A DNA stretch of 64,000 bases. Origin: Podarcis pityusensis. Taxonomy: Eukaryota. Positions within the stretch are counted from its first letter, which is position 1, and each line of letters begins with the position of its first letter. Location: NCBI GenBank assembly GCA_964106645.2, contig OZ067041.1; one strand, written 5' to 3'. Shown here one piece after another: positions 62,657 to 64,000 of the stretch. The notes beneath the pieces are model-generated. The model ran no database searches. It had not been told where the DNA came from and was given only the letters and a program-made list of their open reading frames with translations. The position numbers and the translations under genes were made by a program.

Positions 62657-64000
62657 AATTAGAACAACCTGGCATGAATGGCATTTAAGTGGTTCAAGAA
62701 ACTTACACCCAAATTCAGTTATCTCCCCTCTCCCCCCATTCATGCTCATACAGTCCACACTGCTCAGAAAGGCACTCCAAATTTCTGGGCATGACTTCTG
62801 GGGGTGGTGTGTGGACACGAGGAGAAGGGAAAGAGAGAGTTTCGTTAAGCAAGCTGCTTTCCACTCCCATCATTTTGTGAACTGCCCTGAGATCTTTTGC
62901 TGAAGGTTGGCATATAAATTTAATAAATATCTAAAATAAAAATATATCATAGGATACACTCCAGATAGTAGTGACTCAATTACAATATTTTGATAAATGG
63001 TTAATAGCCAGAATGGTTATCTTATTCAAAGTGTTTCCACTGTACTAAACCTTAATATTCTGAAGCAAAGGCTAGCATTTACTGTAGAACAGTATTTCAG
63101 GCACAGGATAAACTAAATGATCACCCAACCTTTAAGATAACAGTAATCAACATGTGTCCTTCTTCAGCTTCTTAGAGACAATTAAGAAGGTCTCTACATG
63201 TTTCCCCAACAGAAACTGGTGTTTTCATAGAGATATGTGGCATTTGCTGGGTGTGGGCAGATTGGAGAAGGGAAATGTCCTAACCAAGTTAATCGCCAAA
63301 GCCACATCTGCTGCTGCTTTTTTATTGGAAAGCTTGACATGAAAGCCCCAGTTTGCAAGCTGGCTTTTTTGGGGGAAAATTCTTTATGTTGGACCCTGGC
63401 TTTATTGCAAAATGCAATTAAGACCATATGTACAACATTCCTTGATCCAAATTTCACTGTATCCCACATGGATTTTGGAGCAATGCAGGGTAACATAAGT
63501 GCTGAATTATGAAACTAGCTGTACAGAAAGCATATTTTACAATATATATTAAATACTAATTTCTACAACAGATGCATTTGCCTGCTTGAGATTTTATCCC
63601 TGAATACATAAGTTCTCTTGCATCTTAGTTTTTGGTCAGGCTTTCAGAGGCCTGGTTGACCTTATAGTTTCATAATGGCTGTAAAATGCCCATGCTGAAA
63701 TATATATATTCTGCTAAAAAAATTAGAAAGCTGTATGACTCAGCCAATCAGATTGCTCACTTCTGCCAATTAGGCTTCCATAATACTCTATTATGCTCTC
63801 TAATATGAAACATTGAGAACTGGCAGGCAACAGTTGCTGCAGAATGAAATAGCATGATACTGCTATGAAAGACAAGTCTTGTAATATTTTTAAAGGATAG
63901 TTAAATACTGAATTATTGAGACTTGTAAAAAAAAAAAAAATACTAGTGTTATTAATGTGTAGTTAACAAGTAGTCTTTCTCTGCCAAAAAGAAAAAAGAA

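Noticed and set aside
1-64000. A novel multi-gene biological system or identifiable host gene
   Set aside because: No intact coding sequence is present; all protein-like motifs belong to decayed L2/CR1 elements, and the host locus cannot be named without alignment

Overview
AT-rich, CpG-depleted, non-coding vertebrate DNA (intron or intergenic). It is almost certainly from a squamate, most likely a lacertid lizard, because it carries a full-length Sauria SINE and typical lizard repeats. No protein-coding exon, rRNA, functional tRNA, CRISPR array or prokaryotic system can be supported. The ORF track is chance ORFs plus decayed L2/CR1 ORF2 pieces. The recognisable content is a transposon graveyard: Tc1/mariner(pogo/Tigger)-type MITEs with TA TSDs, hAT-type MITEs with 8-bp TSDs, Sauria SINEs, tRNA-Lys- and tRNA-Asn-headed SINEs sharing a CR1 tail, L2 and CR1 fragments, a Penelope-type hairpin with a minimal hammerhead ribozyme, putative solo LTRs and microsatellites. 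The most notable unexplained structures are: (1) a multi-step template-switch rearrangement at 24231-24754 (duplication + micro-inversion + 295-bp copy from 2.8 kb upstream); (2) a perfect 52-bp inverted repeat at 46430/46826; (3) a CpG-rich promoter-like insert at 11214-11425 flanked by a 17-bp quasi-palindromic direct repeat; (4) the hammerhead relic at 23300-23337. I do not see evidence for a genuinely new multi-gene system. Family names are from recalled motifs, not database searches.
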